Shown: piece by piece, positions 28,118 to 39,128 of the stretch
How the letters are laid out: every line of letters begins with the position of its first letter
Numbering within the stretch: the first letter of the stretch is position 1
Assembly (NCBI GenBank): GCA_051961035.1
Contig: JBQCDS010000465.1
Location: 2,002 to 66,001, forward strand
Direction: 5' to 3'
Length of the DNA stretch: 64,000 nt
Source: Trinickia sp.
GTDB lineage: Bacteria > Pseudomonadota > Gammaproteobacteria > Burkholderiales > Burkholderiaceae
Notes under the pieces: model-generated
Seen by the model: only the letters and a program-made list of their open reading frames with translations
What the model was told of the DNA's origin: nothing
Database searches by the model: none
Translations under genes and position numbers: made by a program

Positions 28118-29725
28118 ATGAAACTATTCACGAAGGGGCTGCTGCTGATTGCCGTGCCGAGCTTGATCGAGCTCGCGCTCGTCGGCATGTTGTCGAAGAC
28201 ACAGGAGCAGGCAACGCGGGCGGCGCAATGGGCGTCGCACAGCAAGCAGGTGCTCTACCAGGCATCGGTGATCGTCGATCCGCTTCTGCGTGAGGCCGCG
28301 CGTGTGCGCGCGGGGCTGATTCTCAGCGATGCCTCGTTCATCGACCGGCAAGTGGTATGGGTCGACCTGGGCGATCGGCTGTCGCGGCTCGAAAAGCTTG
28401 TCGCGGACGACCCCCTTCAAGTGGAGCGCGTGCGGCGGATGCGCGAGGCGGTCGCGGCCTATCGCGCACAGACCGAGCGCATTTATGCCGCGCTGCACGA
28501 TGCGCAGCACGTTCAACTGTCCTCATTCGACGACGCGGCGTTGCCGCCGGAGATCCGGACCTTTCGAGATGAACTTGGCGCATTCGTCTCGGACGAATCA
28601 CGGCTCGATACCGAACGCAGCACGGAACTGGCGGCGACGCGCGAGCGTCAGCGTTACGCGCTGATCGCGGCCATTGCGGGATCGATGCTGATCTGGGCGA
28701 TCGCGGCGCTCGCGTTCGCGGGCAACATCGGACGGCGCCTGCGCACGCTGACTGCGAATGCCCAACGGCTTGGCCGCGGCCAGGCGCTTGGCGCGCCGCT
28801 GGCCGGCAACGACGAACTGGCAGACCTCGATGCGGCGCTGCACCGGACGAGCACCCGGCTCACGGAATCGGAGCACGATCAGGCCGCGCTGCAAGCGACA
28901 CTCGAAGCGCGCGCACAGGAACTGACGCAAGTGAACGATAATCTGCGTCAGCAAAAGCAGGACAACGACATGTTCATCTACAGCGTGTCGCATGACTTGC
29001 GGTCGCCGCTCGTCAACCTGCAAGGGTTTTCGCGCGAGCTGCAAGTGTCTTGCGACGAGTTGCGTACGATGCTCGATACGGCCCATGTGCCCGATACCGA
29101 ACGCACGCGCATCACGCGGGTGCTCGATGGAAACCTGAACGAGGCGCTGCACTTTTTGCGCACCGCCGTCACGCGCTCGGCCTCGATCATCGATGCGCTG
29201 CTGCGCATTTCGCGTGCGGGCCGGCTCGAATACCAATGGCAGCGGGTCAGTGTGGCGCGGGCGGTGGCACGGGTGGTCGAATCGCTGCATCAGGCGATCG
29301 TCGAACGCGGCGCGACCGTTTCCGTCAGCGAGTTGCCGCCCGTTTGGGGTGATCCGACCGCAATCGAGCAGATCTTCGCCAATCTGATTGGCAATGCCGT
29401 CAACTATCTCGATCCGTCGCGTGCGGGCCGGATCGAGATCGGCACGCTGGAGCAAGCGCCGCGCGTAGATGGCGAGAGAGCGCCTAGAATGCGTACGTAT
29501 TACGTGCGCGACAACGGCCTGGGGATTCCCGATGCGTGTATGCCGAAAATGTTCAGCGCGTTCCAGCGGCTGCATGGCGACCGCGCCAAAGGCGACGGTA
29601 TCGGGCTTGCGTTGGTGCGCCGCGTGACCGAGCGGCACGGCGGGCAGGCGTGGGTCGAATCGGCGGAGGGCGCCGGCTCGACGTTTTACGTGACACTGCC
29701 CGAACAGCCGTTGCGGCTCGGCTGA
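28118..29725 (+). CDS. Membrane sensor histidine kinase (CHASE3-like sensor, HAMP)
   Basis: Two TM segments, H-box SVSHDLRSPL, N-box NLIGNAVNY, DNGLG and GIGL. Confidence 0.9.
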   Translation: MKLFTKGLLLIAVPSLIELALVGMLSKTQEQATRAAQWASHSKQVLYQASVIVDPLLREAARVRAGLILSDASFIDRQVVWVDLGDRLSRLEKLVADDPLQVERVRRMREAVAAYRAQTERIYAALHDAQHVQLSSFDDAALPPEIRTFRDELGAFVSDESRLDTERSTELAATRERQRYALIAAIAGSMLIWAIAALAFAGNIGRRLRTLTANAQRLGRGQALGAPLAGNDELADLDAALHRTSTRLTESEHDQAALQATLEARAQELTQVNDNLRQQKQDNDMFIYSVSHDLRSPLVNLQGFSRELQVSCDELRTMLDTAHVPDTERTRITRVLDGNLNEALHFLRTAVTRSASIIDALLRISRAGRLEYQWQRVSVARAVARVVESLHQAIVERGATVSVSELPPVWGDPTAIEQIFANLIGNAVNYLDPSRAGRIEIGTLEQAPRVDGERAPRMRTYYVRDNGLGIPDACMPKMFSAFQRLHGDRAKGDGIGLALVRRVTERHGGQAWVESAEGAGSTFYVTLPEQPLRLG

Positions 29726-29781
29726 CGTCTCGGGCACCACACAGAACACGGTGATCGACTAGTGCGACCAGTACGACCAGT

Positions 29782-31764
29782 ATGACCGAAGTTTATCGAC
29801 AGGAGAGTGCACGTGTGCTCGTCGTTGACGACGACGAGGGGATCTTGCGGCTTGCGCGCAAGTCGCTCGAGCGCGCGGGTTGCCGCGTCTTCGCCTATCC
29901 CAGCGCCAAAGCGGCCCACGCGCAGCTTTCGACCGACGCACCCGATTTGCTCGTGCTCGACTATCAACTCGACAGCGCGGAAACCGGGCTCGATTTCTTC
30001 CGGCGCCTGCGCGCCGAAGGCACCACGCTGCCCGCGATTCTCGTGACCGGCTTCACCGACGAATCGCGCGTGATCGAGGCGCTGCGCGCGGGGATTTCCG
30101 ATGTCGTGCCCAAATCGGGTGGCTACCTCGACTATCTGCCCGAGGCGGTCGAGCGCGTGCTGGCGCAAGTCAGGCTGCAGCGCGCCTCGGCGGAGGCATT
30201 GCTTTTACGCGATCGCGAGGCGCACTACCGCAGCTTGTCCGAAGCATTGCCGCACCTTGTGTTCACGAGCAATGCGCAGGGCGAGTGCGATTTCTTTTCC
30301 AAACAGTGGTACGCCTACACGGGGCTCGATGAAGCGGGCTCGCGTGGGCTCGGATGGTTCGATGCGGTGCATCCCGAGGATCGCCAGGCGCTGCGCCGGT
30401 CGTGGCTCGATGCCGTGAGCGGGGCGGCTGACGCCGATTATCGATACGAAATGCGGCTGCGCGCGGCGGACGGTTCGTACCGCTGGTTCGACATGCGCAT
30501 TGCCGATGTACGCGATGCGAACGGCCGCGTGGGCAAATGGTTCGCGAGCTGCACCGATATCCAATCGCAACGCGAGGCGATGGAGGAGCGCGAACGGCTG
30601 CTCGCCGCCGAACAATGTGCACGGCAGACGGCCGAGGAGGCCAATCGCGCGAAAGATCGATTCCTCGCCATGCTCTCGCACGAGCTGCGCACGCCGCTTA
30701 CGCCGGTGCTGGCGGGCACGCGTGTACTCGAGACGATGCCCGAGCTGCCGGCCGCCGCGCATTCGAGCGTGAAGATGATCCGCCGCAACATCGAGCTCGA
30801 GGCTCGGCTCATCGACGATTTGCTCGACCTGACGCGGGTCGCCAATGGCAAGCTTCGTCTCGCGCTGGAAACGGTCGACGTGCACGATGTCGTCGATAGT
30901 GTGCTCGAACTGTTCCGTGCCGAGATTCAAGTCAAAGCACTGGATGTGCACATCGAAAAACGCGCCGAAAACCACTACGTGCTCGCCGATCCGGCGCGGC
31001 TGCAGCAGATGTTGTGGAACCTCGTGCGCAACGCGGCGAAGTTCACGCCCGACGGCGGCCACATCTACGTCCGAACCCGCGATGCCCGTATGCGCATCGA
31101 GATCGAGATCGAAGATACGGGCATCGGTATCGCGCCCGATCAAATCGGCAAGCTCTTCAACGCCTTCGAACAAGGCAGCCAGCGCATGACGCAGCAGTTC
31201 GGCGGATTGGGGCTGGGCCTGGCCATTACGAAGGCGCTGACCGACGCGCACGGCGGCACGGTGAGCGCTCGCAGTCCGGGCCCGCATTGCGGGGCGACGT
31301 TCGCGATCGCCCTGCCGACCACCTCCGCGCCCGCGCAAGAGCCGGTGCCTGCCGCATCGGCGCCAGTGGCGGCCGATGAGCGGATCGCCATTTTGCTGGT
31401 GGAAGATCATGTGGATACGGCCGACGTGATGGCGCATTTGATGCGCTCGCTGGGGCACGACGTGGCGGTTGCCGCATCGGTGGCCGAAGCGCTGGCCGCG
31501 ACGCATGCGCGGACGTTCGATTTGATCGTCAGCGACGTCGGACTACCCGATGGGACAGGGCTCGATTTCGTGAGCACGGTGCGCCAGCATTCGCAGGTGC
31601 CGGCTATTGCGCTGACGGGCTACGGCTCGGATGAAGACGTGCGGCGCTGCCTGGCGGCGGGATTCACGACGCACCTGACCAAGCCCGTCAACTTCTCGCA
31701 GCTCGAGGTGCTGATTCAGCGCACCGCCGAGGCGAAAACACAAGGCGGTACGACTTGGCCCTAA
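29782..31764 (+). CDS. Hybrid kinase REC-PAS-HisKA-HATPase-REC
   Basis: N-terminal REC (VLVVDDD, LVLDY), PAS (VHPEDR), LSHELRTPL, C-terminal REC (LLVEDH, VSDVGLPDG, HLTKP). Confidence 0.9.
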   Translation: MTEVYRQESARVLVVDDDEGILRLARKSLERAGCRVFAYPSAKAAHAQLSTDAPDLLVLDYQLDSAETGLDFFRRLRAEGTTLPAILVTGFTDESRVIEALRAGISDVVPKSGGYLDYLPEAVERVLAQVRLQRASAEALLLRDREAHYRSLSEALPHLVFTSNAQGECDFFSKQWYAYTGLDEAGSRGLGWFDAVHPEDRQALRRSWLDAVSGAADADYRYEMRLRAADGSYRWFDMRIADVRDANGRVGKWFASCTDIQSQREAMEERERLLAAEQCARQTAEEANRAKDRFLAMLSHELRTPLTPVLAGTRVLETMPELPAAAHSSVKMIRRNIELEARLIDDLLDLTRVANGKLRLALETVDVHDVVDSVLELFRAEIQVKALDVHIEKRAENHYVLADPARLQQMLWNLVRNAAKFTPDGGHIYVRTRDARMRIEIEIEDTGIGIAPDQIGKLFNAFEQGSQRMTQQFGGLGLGLAITKALTDAHGGTVSARSPGPHCGATFAIALPTTSAPAQEPVPAASAPVAADERIAILLVEDHVDTADVMAHLMRSLGHDVAVAASVAEALAATHARTFDLIVSDVGLPDGTGLDFVSTVRQHSQVPAIALTGYGSDEDVRRCLAAGFTTHLTKPVNFSQLEVLIQRTAEAKTQGGTTWP

Positions 31765-31838
31765 GGGAGCGGCGGCGCAGTGCGGTGAGCAGTGCGCCGC
31801 AGAGCCTGCCGGTTCCGCGGCCGCGCCGGCGCGCGGTT

Positions 31839-32279
31839 TCAGCGCTGCTTCAGCGAATCGCGAATCTCGCGAAGTAGAAGCACATCTTCAGGTGTGGGCG
31901 GCGGTTCGGCCGAGGCAGCCTCCTTCGGCTGACGCAGCGAGTTCATGAACTTGACGATTCCGAACACGATGATGGCGAGAATCAGGAAGTTGATCAGCGC
32001 CGTGATGAACGAGCCGTAGCCGAATACCGCCACGCCGGCCGTCTGCAAGTCCTTGAACGAATCGGGATTGCCCTTGAACGATGGCGGGATGTCGCCCAGC
32101 CGGATGAACTTGTTCGAGAAGTCGAGCCCGCCCGTGGCGACACCGACAAGCGGCATGATCAGGTCTTTGACGACCGAGGTGACGATGGTCGAAAACGCGC
32201 CGCCGATGATGACACCGACGGCGAGATCCATCACGTTGCCCTTGACGGCAAATTCCCTGAACTCCTTGACGATGCCCAT
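31839..32279 (-). CDS. mscL: Large-conductance mechanosensitive channel
   Basis: [24 protein letters not shown] and LLREIRDSL. Confidence 0.96.
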   Translation of the reverse strand: MGIVKEFREFAVKGNVMDLAVGVIIGGAFSTIVTSVVKDLIMPLVGVATGGLDFSNKFIRLGDIPPSFKGNPDSFKDLQTAGVAVFGYGSFITALINFLILAIIVFGIVKFMNSLRQPKEAASAEPPPTPEDVLLLREIRDSLKQR

Positions 32280-32729
32280 ATATTTTTTCCTCCTTCGACG
32301 GGGTGCGTGCGCGTCAATCGAATGGGCGAACCGCATCGGTTCGCAAGGCGCACGCCATCGCGGCCATGATAGCGAACGGCCGAACGTCAGTCACGGGCGT
32401 TTTTCGCGCGCGCGGCCAAGGTGACGGCGACGTGCGTGGGCGGGCGCGGCCCCGCCGATGCTTGGGCTCTCCTATGTGTTAACGGACGGAGCGGGAAGGA
32501 CTTGAGTGGGGGAAGTCGATAGTATGACTATATGCTTCCAGCCCATTGCGCAATCGCCGCGAAACGCTTAGATTGCGCGAGAACCTTCGCACGCACGACG
32601 CGCCCGATCAGACCTCTCGCAGCAGGCCGGGACATTCCGACGCTCCGCCAGAGAGCCGCATGTGCGCGCTTTACCACCACCACGGAGGGGACCGTGCGAC
32701 GCCTCGTCACGAGCGCGCACGTCGATGCC

Positions 32730-34373
32730 ATGTTCAAACGTTTCACGATTCGCGGTGGGCTGACGCTCACGATTGCGGGCTATACGCTCGCCCTGATGGC
32801 GGCCATGGCCGCCGGCATGTTGGGCCTGCAACAGAGCAACCAGGCGCTCGAGCAAATGTACGCGACCGACACGGCCGCGCTCACGCATTTGAAAACGAGT
32901 TCCGAACGTATGCTGCAAGTGCGGCTCGCGCTCGGCAGCTATGAGACCCTCTTTTCGATGGGCAAGGCGGGGGAGGACTTGCTGCCTAAAGCGCACGGCG
33001 TGCTGAAAGACAGCGACACGCAGTGGGCCGAGTATCTGAAGAAACCGCGCGACGAGAATGAAACGCGCCTGGCCGATGCGGTGACCACCGCGCGCACAGC
33101 CCTCGTTCAACAAGCGATCGTGCCGGAGTTTCAGGCGCTCGAGCAGAACGATTTCAATACGTTCCGCACCATTCAAGGGCAGACCGCGAACGATCTGTAC
33201 GGAAAGTACGAAACGGCGATCGTCCAGCTCGAGGCGCTGCAGATCTCGCATCAGGAGGCCCGCTACGCCGACGCGCAGGCAAATTTCCATCGATTGGCGA
33301 CGGGCGCCGCGGTCATCGCCGCCATCGCGTTGCTGATCGGATTGTTCGCACGCACGGCCCTCGTCTCTGCGGTCGTGCGGCCGATCGATGCCGTCATCCG
33401 CCATTTCGAACGCATCGCGTCGGGCGATCTGACGGGCACGATCTCGGTCGATCAGCACAACGAAATGGGGCGTCTGCTCGTGGGCCTGCAAACGATGCAG
33501 GCTGCGCTTGTCGCAACGGTCTCTCGTGTGCGCACCGGTTCGGAAGCGATCATGCACGGCGCGCGCGAGATCGCGACGGGCAATGCCGATCTGTCCCAGC
33601 GCACCGAACAGCAAGCGGCCTCGCTCCAGGAAACGGCCTCGAGCATGGAGCAGTTGACGGCAACCGTGAAGCTCAATGCGGCGCATGCGCTCGAAGCGAG
33701 CGATCTTGCGCACGACGCGTCGGAAACGGCGGCGCGCGGGGGCGAAGTGGTGGGCGACGTCGTGCGCACGATGGAGGACATCGCGTCGAGCTCGCATCAG
33801 ATCGGCGACATCATCGGCGTGATCGAAGGCATCGCGTTCCAGACGAACATTCTCGCGCTGAACGCAGCCGTCGAAGCGGCACGGGCCGGCGAGCAGGGCC
33901 GCGGCTTCGCCGTGGTGGCCGGCGAAGTGCGCAGCCTCGCGCAGCGCAGCGCGAGCGCCGCGAAGGAAATCAAATCGCTGATCGCGGCATCGGCCGACAA
34001 GGTTCATAACGGCAGTGCGCTCGTAGGCCGCGCGGGCGAAACGATGGATCAGGTGGTGGCCGCCGTGCATCGCGTGACCGACATCATCGGCAAGATCAGC
34101 GCCGCATCGGGCGAACAATCGACGGGCATCGAGCAGATCAACCGCGCCGTTGTGCAGATGGATTCCGTGACGCAGCAGAACGCTGCGCTTGTCGAAGAGG
34201 CCGCGGCCGCCGCAGCCTCGCTCGAGGAGCAAGCCGGGCAGCTCGATGCCGCCGTCGCCGCCTTCCACGTCGATGCGCGCTCGCAGTCGATGCGCGCCGC
34301 GACGCCTCGGCTTGCGCAGCAGCCGGCGACGTCGCATTCGACGCATTCGGGCCGTCCGGTGCTCGCAGGCTGA
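32730..34373 (+). CDS. Methyl-accepting chemotaxis protein
   Basis: TM-ligand domain-TM-HAMP, with [30 protein letters not shown]. Confidence 0.95.
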   Translation: MFKRFTIRGGLTLTIAGYTLALMAAMAAGMLGLQQSNQALEQMYATDTAALTHLKTSSERMLQVRLALGSYETLFSMGKAGEDLLPKAHGVLKDSDTQWAEYLKKPRDENETRLADAVTTARTALVQQAIVPEFQALEQNDFNTFRTIQGQTANDLYGKYETAIVQLEALQISHQEARYADAQANFHRLATGAAVIAAIALLIGLFARTALVSAVVRPIDAVIRHFERIASGDLTGTISVDQHNEMGRLLVGLQTMQAALVATVSRVRTGSEAIMHGAREIATGNADLSQRTEQQAASLQETASSMEQLTATVKLNAAHALEASDLAHDASETAARGGEVVGDVVRTMEDIASSSHQIGDIIGVIEGIAFQTNILALNAAVEAARAGEQGRGFAVVAGEVRSLAQRSASAAKEIKSLIAASADKVHNGSALVGRAGETMDQVVAAVHRVTDIIGKISAASGEQSTGIEQINRAVVQMDSVTQQNAALVEEAAAAAASLEEQAGQLDAAVAAFHVDARSQSMRAATPRLAQQPATSHSTHSGRPVLAG

Positions 34374-34541
34374 GCATCGATCGCCGTAAACGAAAGGTCG
34401 AATCCACTTCGTCGGGCGCACCTGCTAATATCGCACGTGCGCCCGACGTTCGTTCAAGTGACGGCGCGAGGGGTTCGGTTGCTTGGGCGGGTGCGGCGCC
34501 GCCGCGATGCCATTGCGGCAGACGTCCTGGGGCTGCCGCGC

Positions 34542-36032
34542 TCAATCGCCGAAACGGTAATGGTTGGCTTTCACGCGCCGGGTGAGCCGGCGAAAGGCGA
34601 ATGAGAATCCGGGCCAAAGGGTCGTGTTTCGACCTCGCTCGGACAGATACCAGCTTCGGCAGCCGCTCATCCAGACGGTGCCGCGAAAAGCGTTCTGCAG
34701 CCGTTCGTTGTAGGCGTGCTCCACAGTCTCACGCACTTCCATCGTCCTTGCGCCGCGTTCGCACAGCGTGCGCAAGCAGCGCGCGATATAGGCGATATGC
34801 GACTCGATCATATACACCATCGAGTTGTGGCCCAGGCCGGTGTTCGGGCCGATCATCATGAAGAAGTTCGGAAAGCCGGCGATGCTCGTGCCGAGATACG
34901 CTTGAGGCCCATTGGCACGCCAGCGCGCATCGAGGTCGGCGCCGTGCGCGCCGATGATCGGGAAGGGCGCGCCCGCATCCGCTACCTGAAAGCCCGTCCC
35001 GCAGACGATGGCATCGACAGGCCAGTGGCGCCCGTCATCGGTGACGAGACCGTCTTCGACGATTTCGCGGATCGGCGTGGTGACGACGTCGACGTTCGGT
35101 TGCGTCAGTGCCGGGTAGTAATCGCTCGAAAGCAGCACGCGTTTGCAGCCGAGCAGATAGTTCGGTGTCAGCTTGGCCCGCAGCACCGGGTCCTGCACGC
35201 GTCGCGCGAGATAGCTCGTGGCAAAGCGCATCGGCCCCTGCATCCACTGGGTATTGACGATGAAGGCGAGGGCGCGTGCTTCATGGCGCCAGTAGATCAT
35301 CCAGCGCGCGATCTGTTGCGCGAGCGGCAACCAGCGAAACGCACCCTGCGCATGGGGGCTGATCGTGCGATCGGGCCGAGGCATGATCCAGGGCGGCGTG
35401 CGCTGAAAGACGCACAGCCGCGCCGCGCGCCGTTGAAGGTGCGGAATGAACTGCACGGCGCTCGCGCCCGTCCCGATGACGGCTACCGTCTTGCCTTCGA
35501 ACGGATAGGTGTGATCCCATCGCGCCGAATGAAACAGTGCGCCGCCAAAGCGCTCGATGCCGGCGATGCCGGGCATTGCCGGCCGCGAGAGCGGTCCATT
35601 CGCCGCTATGACGACGTCGGCTTCGACCGTTTCATGTGTCGAGCCATCGGGCGCCGTCGCGATGTCCAGGTGCCAGACCCGGGCGTCATCGTCGAAGCGC
35701 GCCTTCGTGACGCGCGCGTTGCACCGGATCAACGGCTCGACGCCGTGATCGCGCGCGCAGCGTTTCAGGTAGTCGAGAATTTCGCGTTGGGAACCAAACG
35801 TGCGCGACCAGGAGGGATTCGGCGCGAACGAAAACGAGTACAAATGCGAGGGGATGTCGCAGGCGGCGCCGGGGTAGTCGTTGTCACGCCACGTGCCGCC
35901 GATGTCGCCGGCCGCTTCATAGACAGTCAGTGACGCCACGCCCATTTGCTTGAGCCGGATCGCCATCCCGATCCCGGCGAATCCGCTGCCGACAATCGCC
36001 ACCCGCAGCGGGATCTTGCACGAACGCGTCAC
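34542..36032 (-). CDS. Flavin-containing monooxygenase (Baeyer-Villiger type)
   Basis: Motifs GSGFAG, GGTWRDNDYPG, FGGALFHSARWDH and GTGASA. Confidence 0.9.
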   Translation of the reverse strand: MTRSCKIPLRVAIVGSGFAGIGMAIRLKQMGVASLTVYEAAGDIGGTWRDNDYPGAACDIPSHLYSFSFAPNPSWSRTFGSQREILDYLKRCARDHGVEPLIRCNARVTKARFDDDARVWHLDIATAPDGSTHETVEADVVIAANGPLSRPAMPGIAGIERFGGALFHSARWDHTYPFEGKTVAVIGTGASAVQFIPHLQRRAARLCVFQRTPPWIMPRPDRTISPHAQGAFRWLPLAQQIARWMIYWRHEARALAFIVNTQWMQGPMRFATSYLARRVQDPVLRAKLTPNYLLGCKRVLLSSDYYPALTQPNVDVVTTPIREIVEDGLVTDDGRHWPVDAIVCGTGFQVADAGAPFPIIGAHGADLDARWRANGPQAYLGTSIAGFPNFFMMIGPNTGLGHNSMVYMIESHIAYIARCLRTLCERGARTMEVRETVEHAYNERLQNAFRGTVWMSGCRSWYLSERGRNTTLWPGFSFAFRRLTRRVKANHYRFGD

Positions 36033-36035
36033 GGC

Positions 36036-37205
36036 TTAGTTATCGTTCCATCCGCCCGAATCGCCGCTGCCGAAGTCGACGCCGCCGTCACTGCCGCCGC
36101 CATCGTTCCAGTCGTTCGAGCCCTGTCCGAAATCGACCCCGCCGCTGTTGTCGCGTTCGGCGGCGCGGCGCCGCGCTTCGTCATCGTCGATGTAGACATC
36201 GCGCTCGATCACGCGATCGCGGCCATGCGACGACAGCGCTTCACCGAGCAGTACGCCGGTGAGCAGGCCGCCCATGCCGCCGCCCATGCCACCGCCCTGC
36301 TGCACGACGATCGGCGGTTGCTGCTGCGCAGGGTAGGGCTGCTGCATGCCGTACGGGGCTTGCTGCTGTTGCAAGCGCTCGGCTTCTTGCGCGTACGGCG
36401 ATGGGGCGGCACCCGGCGTTTGCGCGTACGGATCCGGTCGTCCTTCGGTGCGGGCACGCAGGCTATCGAGCCGCCGTGCGAGATCGTCGAGCTCATAGGC
36501 GGGCACCGGATTGCCATTGTTCGACAGCGCCTCGACCAGCGTCCGCAGTCGATTTTCGAGACCTTCGACTTCGCTCGCGAGCGTTTCATGCCCCGGGGCG
36601 CTCGACAGGCGTGCGTCGAGCTTGAGCGAGCGCGCCGCGTTCAGGAGTTCCGTTGCCCGCTTCAGTTGGGCACGGCGTTCCTCGCCGGCGCGGCCGTCCT
36701 CGGTCGAGCGCGCGCGCCGCAGCGTCCAGCGCAGGATCAGCACGATGGCCGCGATCAGAATCGCCAGGCCGATCCACATGCCCATCGACGGGCCGCGATG
36801 CGTCGGCGCGGGCGTGGACGGCAACGCTTGCGCGAACGCGTTGGCGGCGCTATGCGTCGGCGCCGGCGAAGCATTGGCGCGGCTGGCGGCCGCGCGAATG
36901 CGCGATTCGACTTGCGCGAAGCGGCCCGGGCTGGCAAAGCGCAGTTGCGGGTCCAGCGTCTTGGCCTGTTCGACTTGAGTGAGGGCGTCGGCGTAACGGC
37001 CTTCGTGCTCGAGCACTTGCGCGTACAAATAGTGAGCGTGAGCGCTGTTCGGATGGGCCGAGAGCACTTGCGAGAGGTCGGTATCGGCCTGCTGCCAATT
37101 GCCTTGCGCCATCGTGCGTTCGACTTGGCTGACGTTCGGCACGGCGAAGGCCGCGCTCGACGCGAACAGCAGGGCGGCCCCCAAGGCTGCGAGGAATGTC
37201 TTCAT
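36036..37205 (-). CDS. Exported TPR-domain membrane protein with Gly/Asp-rich tail
   Basis: Signal peptide, TPR (HPNSAHAHYLYAQVL), TM segment, coiled region, GGGMGGGMGGLLTGVLLG and DFGSGDSGGW. Confidence 0.8.
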   Translation of the reverse strand: MKTFLAALGAALLFASSAAFAVPNVSQVERTMAQGNWQQADTDLSQVLSAHPNSAHAHYLYAQVLEHEGRYADALTQVEQAKTLDPQLRFASPGRFAQVESRIRAAASRANASPAPTHSAANAFAQALPSTPAPTHRGPSMGMWIGLAILIAAIVLILRWTLRRARSTEDGRAGEERRAQLKRATELLNAARSLKLDARLSSAPGHETLASEVEGLENRLRTLVEALSNNGNPVPAYELDDLARRLDSLRARTEGRPDPYAQTPGAAPSPYAQEAERLQQQQAPYGMQQPYPAQQQPPIVVQQGGGMGGGMGGLLTGVLLGEALSSHGRDRVIERDVYIDDDEARRRAAERDNSGGVDFGQGSNDWNDGGGSDGGVDFGSGDSGGWNDN

Positions 37206-37294
37206 TGAGCGAATCGGGCGAACGGCGCCCGTCTCCATAACCATCAACCTGTTCGAGCGCGCGCGCGCCGGAGCGGCACGCGCATCGCCCGGCC

Positions 37295-37975
37295 TTACTG
37301 CGCCGGCGTATTCATCTGCTTCTTCAGTGCTGCCAGACGATCTTCGACGGACGGACCGTGGTCCAGCGCCGCCAGTTTATCGTCGAGTGCCTTGCCCGAA
37401 GACGTATCGGCCGAGTTCAGGCGCGCATCGGAACGTGCGTTCGACAGCGCCACTTTATCCTCGAGCTTGCGGAAGTCCTCAGACAGATTCTTGCCGCCGA
37501 TGCCGCCCAGCGCGGTAGCCGCGACGTCCTTGGCCTGCGCGATTTCCTGCTTTGCCTGGAGGATGTTCGAGCGTGCATTCAGATCGTTGCGGCGCTGGCG
37601 CATATCGGCGATCTGGCTCTTGAGCTGATCGACGGACGGCTCGAGCGTGGCCAGCTCCTTCGCGAGTGCGTCGCGCTCGGCTTCGGCGTTCGCTTGCGCG
37701 GAAAGCGCTTCGCGCGCGAGCCCTTCGTCGCCGGTTTGCAAGGCGCGTTTGGCGCCATCTTCGTACTTCTTCGCTTTTTCGGCCGCGGCGTCACGCTTGC
37801 TTTGCTGCGTGGCCACCTGCGCCTCGATTTCGATCAGCGCATTTTCGGCCTTCGCGATGCTGTCGTCGAGCTCGCGCACGATTTGACGCGCATCGCGCGA
37901 GGGGTCCTGCACGGAATCCGCCGCATCGTTGAGCAAGCCTTTGACCGTACGCGAAATAGAGTCGAATAGCGACAT
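37295..37975 (-). CDS. PspA/IM30 family protein
   Basis: MSLFDSISRTVKG...QDPSRDARQIVREL, ALQTGDEGLAREAL and VEDRLAALK. Confidence 0.88.
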   Translation of the reverse strand: MSLFDSISRTVKGLLNDAADSVQDPSRDARQIVRELDDSIAKAENALIEIEAQVATQQSKRDAAAEKAKKYEDGAKRALQTGDEGLAREALSAQANAEAERDALAKELATLEPSVDQLKSQIADMRQRRNDLNARSNILQAKQEIAQAKDVAATALGGIGGKNLSEDFRKLEDKVALSNARSDARLNSADTSSGKALDDKLAALDHGPSVEDRLAALKKQMNTPAQ

Positions 37976-38188
37976 GAAATCCTCCGTGAATTGAAATCGG
38001 CGCCGGGTCTGCGAGCGCGTGGCGATCAACGATATATCGACGCCTACATGCTACGCCGCGCGGCACCCGGCAGCGCGGCGCGCCTGCCGAATGTCGGGGC
38101 GCGCAACGCAATTGCAAGAACCGCGTCGCCATCGCATCCCAATTTTTGCCGCCCGCGGATAGTACATCAGCGAATCGTTAAAAGCCGC

Positions 38189-38716
38189 TTAAACCGAACG
38201 CGTCGATTCGGAATCGAGGAGGCGGCCGACGAGCGCTTGCGTTTCCGGATCCGCGGCATGCTCCGGTTCCGCGGCCTCGCTCGCCACGAGCGCCCGCGCG
38301 ACGGCCGCGGCGACGGGCAGCGCGGCGGCAGGACCGTCGGCGATGGGCGAACCGCAGGCGCGCGCCGCTTTGTGGTCCGCTTTGTGGTCCGCTTCGTGGT
38401 CCGCTTTGTCGTCCGCTGCTTCGGCGCGCGCGGCGGCGGCCCCCGAGCTTGCGACCGGCAAGCCGCGCTCATGCTCGCGCGGGGCGGCTTGCGCGAGCCG
38501 CCGCAGTGGATCGCGCAGGCTGGCTTCGCTCGCTGCGCCCAACCGATCGATGAGGCCCGCCGCGCGCACCTCCTGACCCGTTTCGTCGAATGCAAGGACG
38601 GCGCGGCGCACGAGTTCGCTGAGGCTGATCCCCATTCGCTCCGCGCGGGCCGCGAGCACACGCTTTTGCGCAGGGGTCACAAAGACGACGAGGCGTTCGC
38701 TGCTGGCTGCGTTCAT
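38189..38716 (-). CDS. Putative ribbon-helix-helix (CopG-like) protein with low-complexity tail
   Basis: ERLVVFVTPAQKRVLAARAERMGISLSELVRRAV fits the RHH pattern. Confidence 0.6.
   Translation of the reverse strand: MNAASSERLVVFVTPAQKRVLAARAERMGISLSELVRRAVLAFDETGQEVRAAGLIDRLGAASEASLRDPLRRLAQAAPREHERGLPVASSGAAAARAEAADDKADHEADHKADHKAARACGSPIADGPAAALPVAAAVARALVASEAAEPEHAADPETQALVGRLLDSESTRSV
38365..38417. repeat. 12-bp tandem repeat, about 4.4 copies, in frame in the RHH gene (AD[DH][KE])
   Basis: CCGCTTTGTGGT x2, CCGCTTCGTGGT, CCGCTTTGTCGT, CCGCT. Confidence 0.85.
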
Positions 38717-38881
38717 GGTCGGTTCGCTGTCAGGGGGCGCGCCGAACGGCTCGCACAGCGTGCCCGGTGAATCGGAGCAGTGCAACAACATGTCCCATCA
38801 TAGAGCGATACGCGCTGCCTCGAAATGACGTCGGCAGCGAAATTCGTGCCGCGTCAGCAACTTGCGCGTGTTTTCTGCCGG

Positions 38882-38916
38882 TTTTCCACAGGTCTTTCAA
38901 CATTTTTTGTTGATAA
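38882..38916. promoter_or_regulatory. Triplet of DnaA-box-like 9-mers (copy 1)
   Basis: TTTTCCACA-GGT-CTTTCAACA-N5-TGTTGATAA. Confidence 0.6.
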
Positions 38917-39128
38917 CTTTCCGCTATCGGGCGAATATTCCGCCCATAGTCAATTCTTACAAAAAAATTCCGATACGCGCGCGGCGATTTCATTAAAATG
39001 CGACGTTGGCCCCGGCTCGGCGGTTCGCTGCCGAACATGGCCGACCACACGATTACTACGAGTTGCGCGGCGGCGTGCAGTACCGCCCGCGCGAATAGGG
39101 CGCTGAGAGCCGCGCCATTCTTGCCGTC

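Noticed and set aside
29766-29783. Tandem CGACCAGTA x2 before the hybrid kinase start
   Set aside because: Only two 9-bp copies with no other support.
38365-38417. Short tandem array as a possible CRISPR
   Set aside because: Contiguous 12-bp units without spacers, inside a coding frame, and no cas genes.
38882-38916. DnaA boxes as a replication origin
   Set aside because: Only three boxes, no DUE repeats, and no dnaA/parAB/rep genes in the window.
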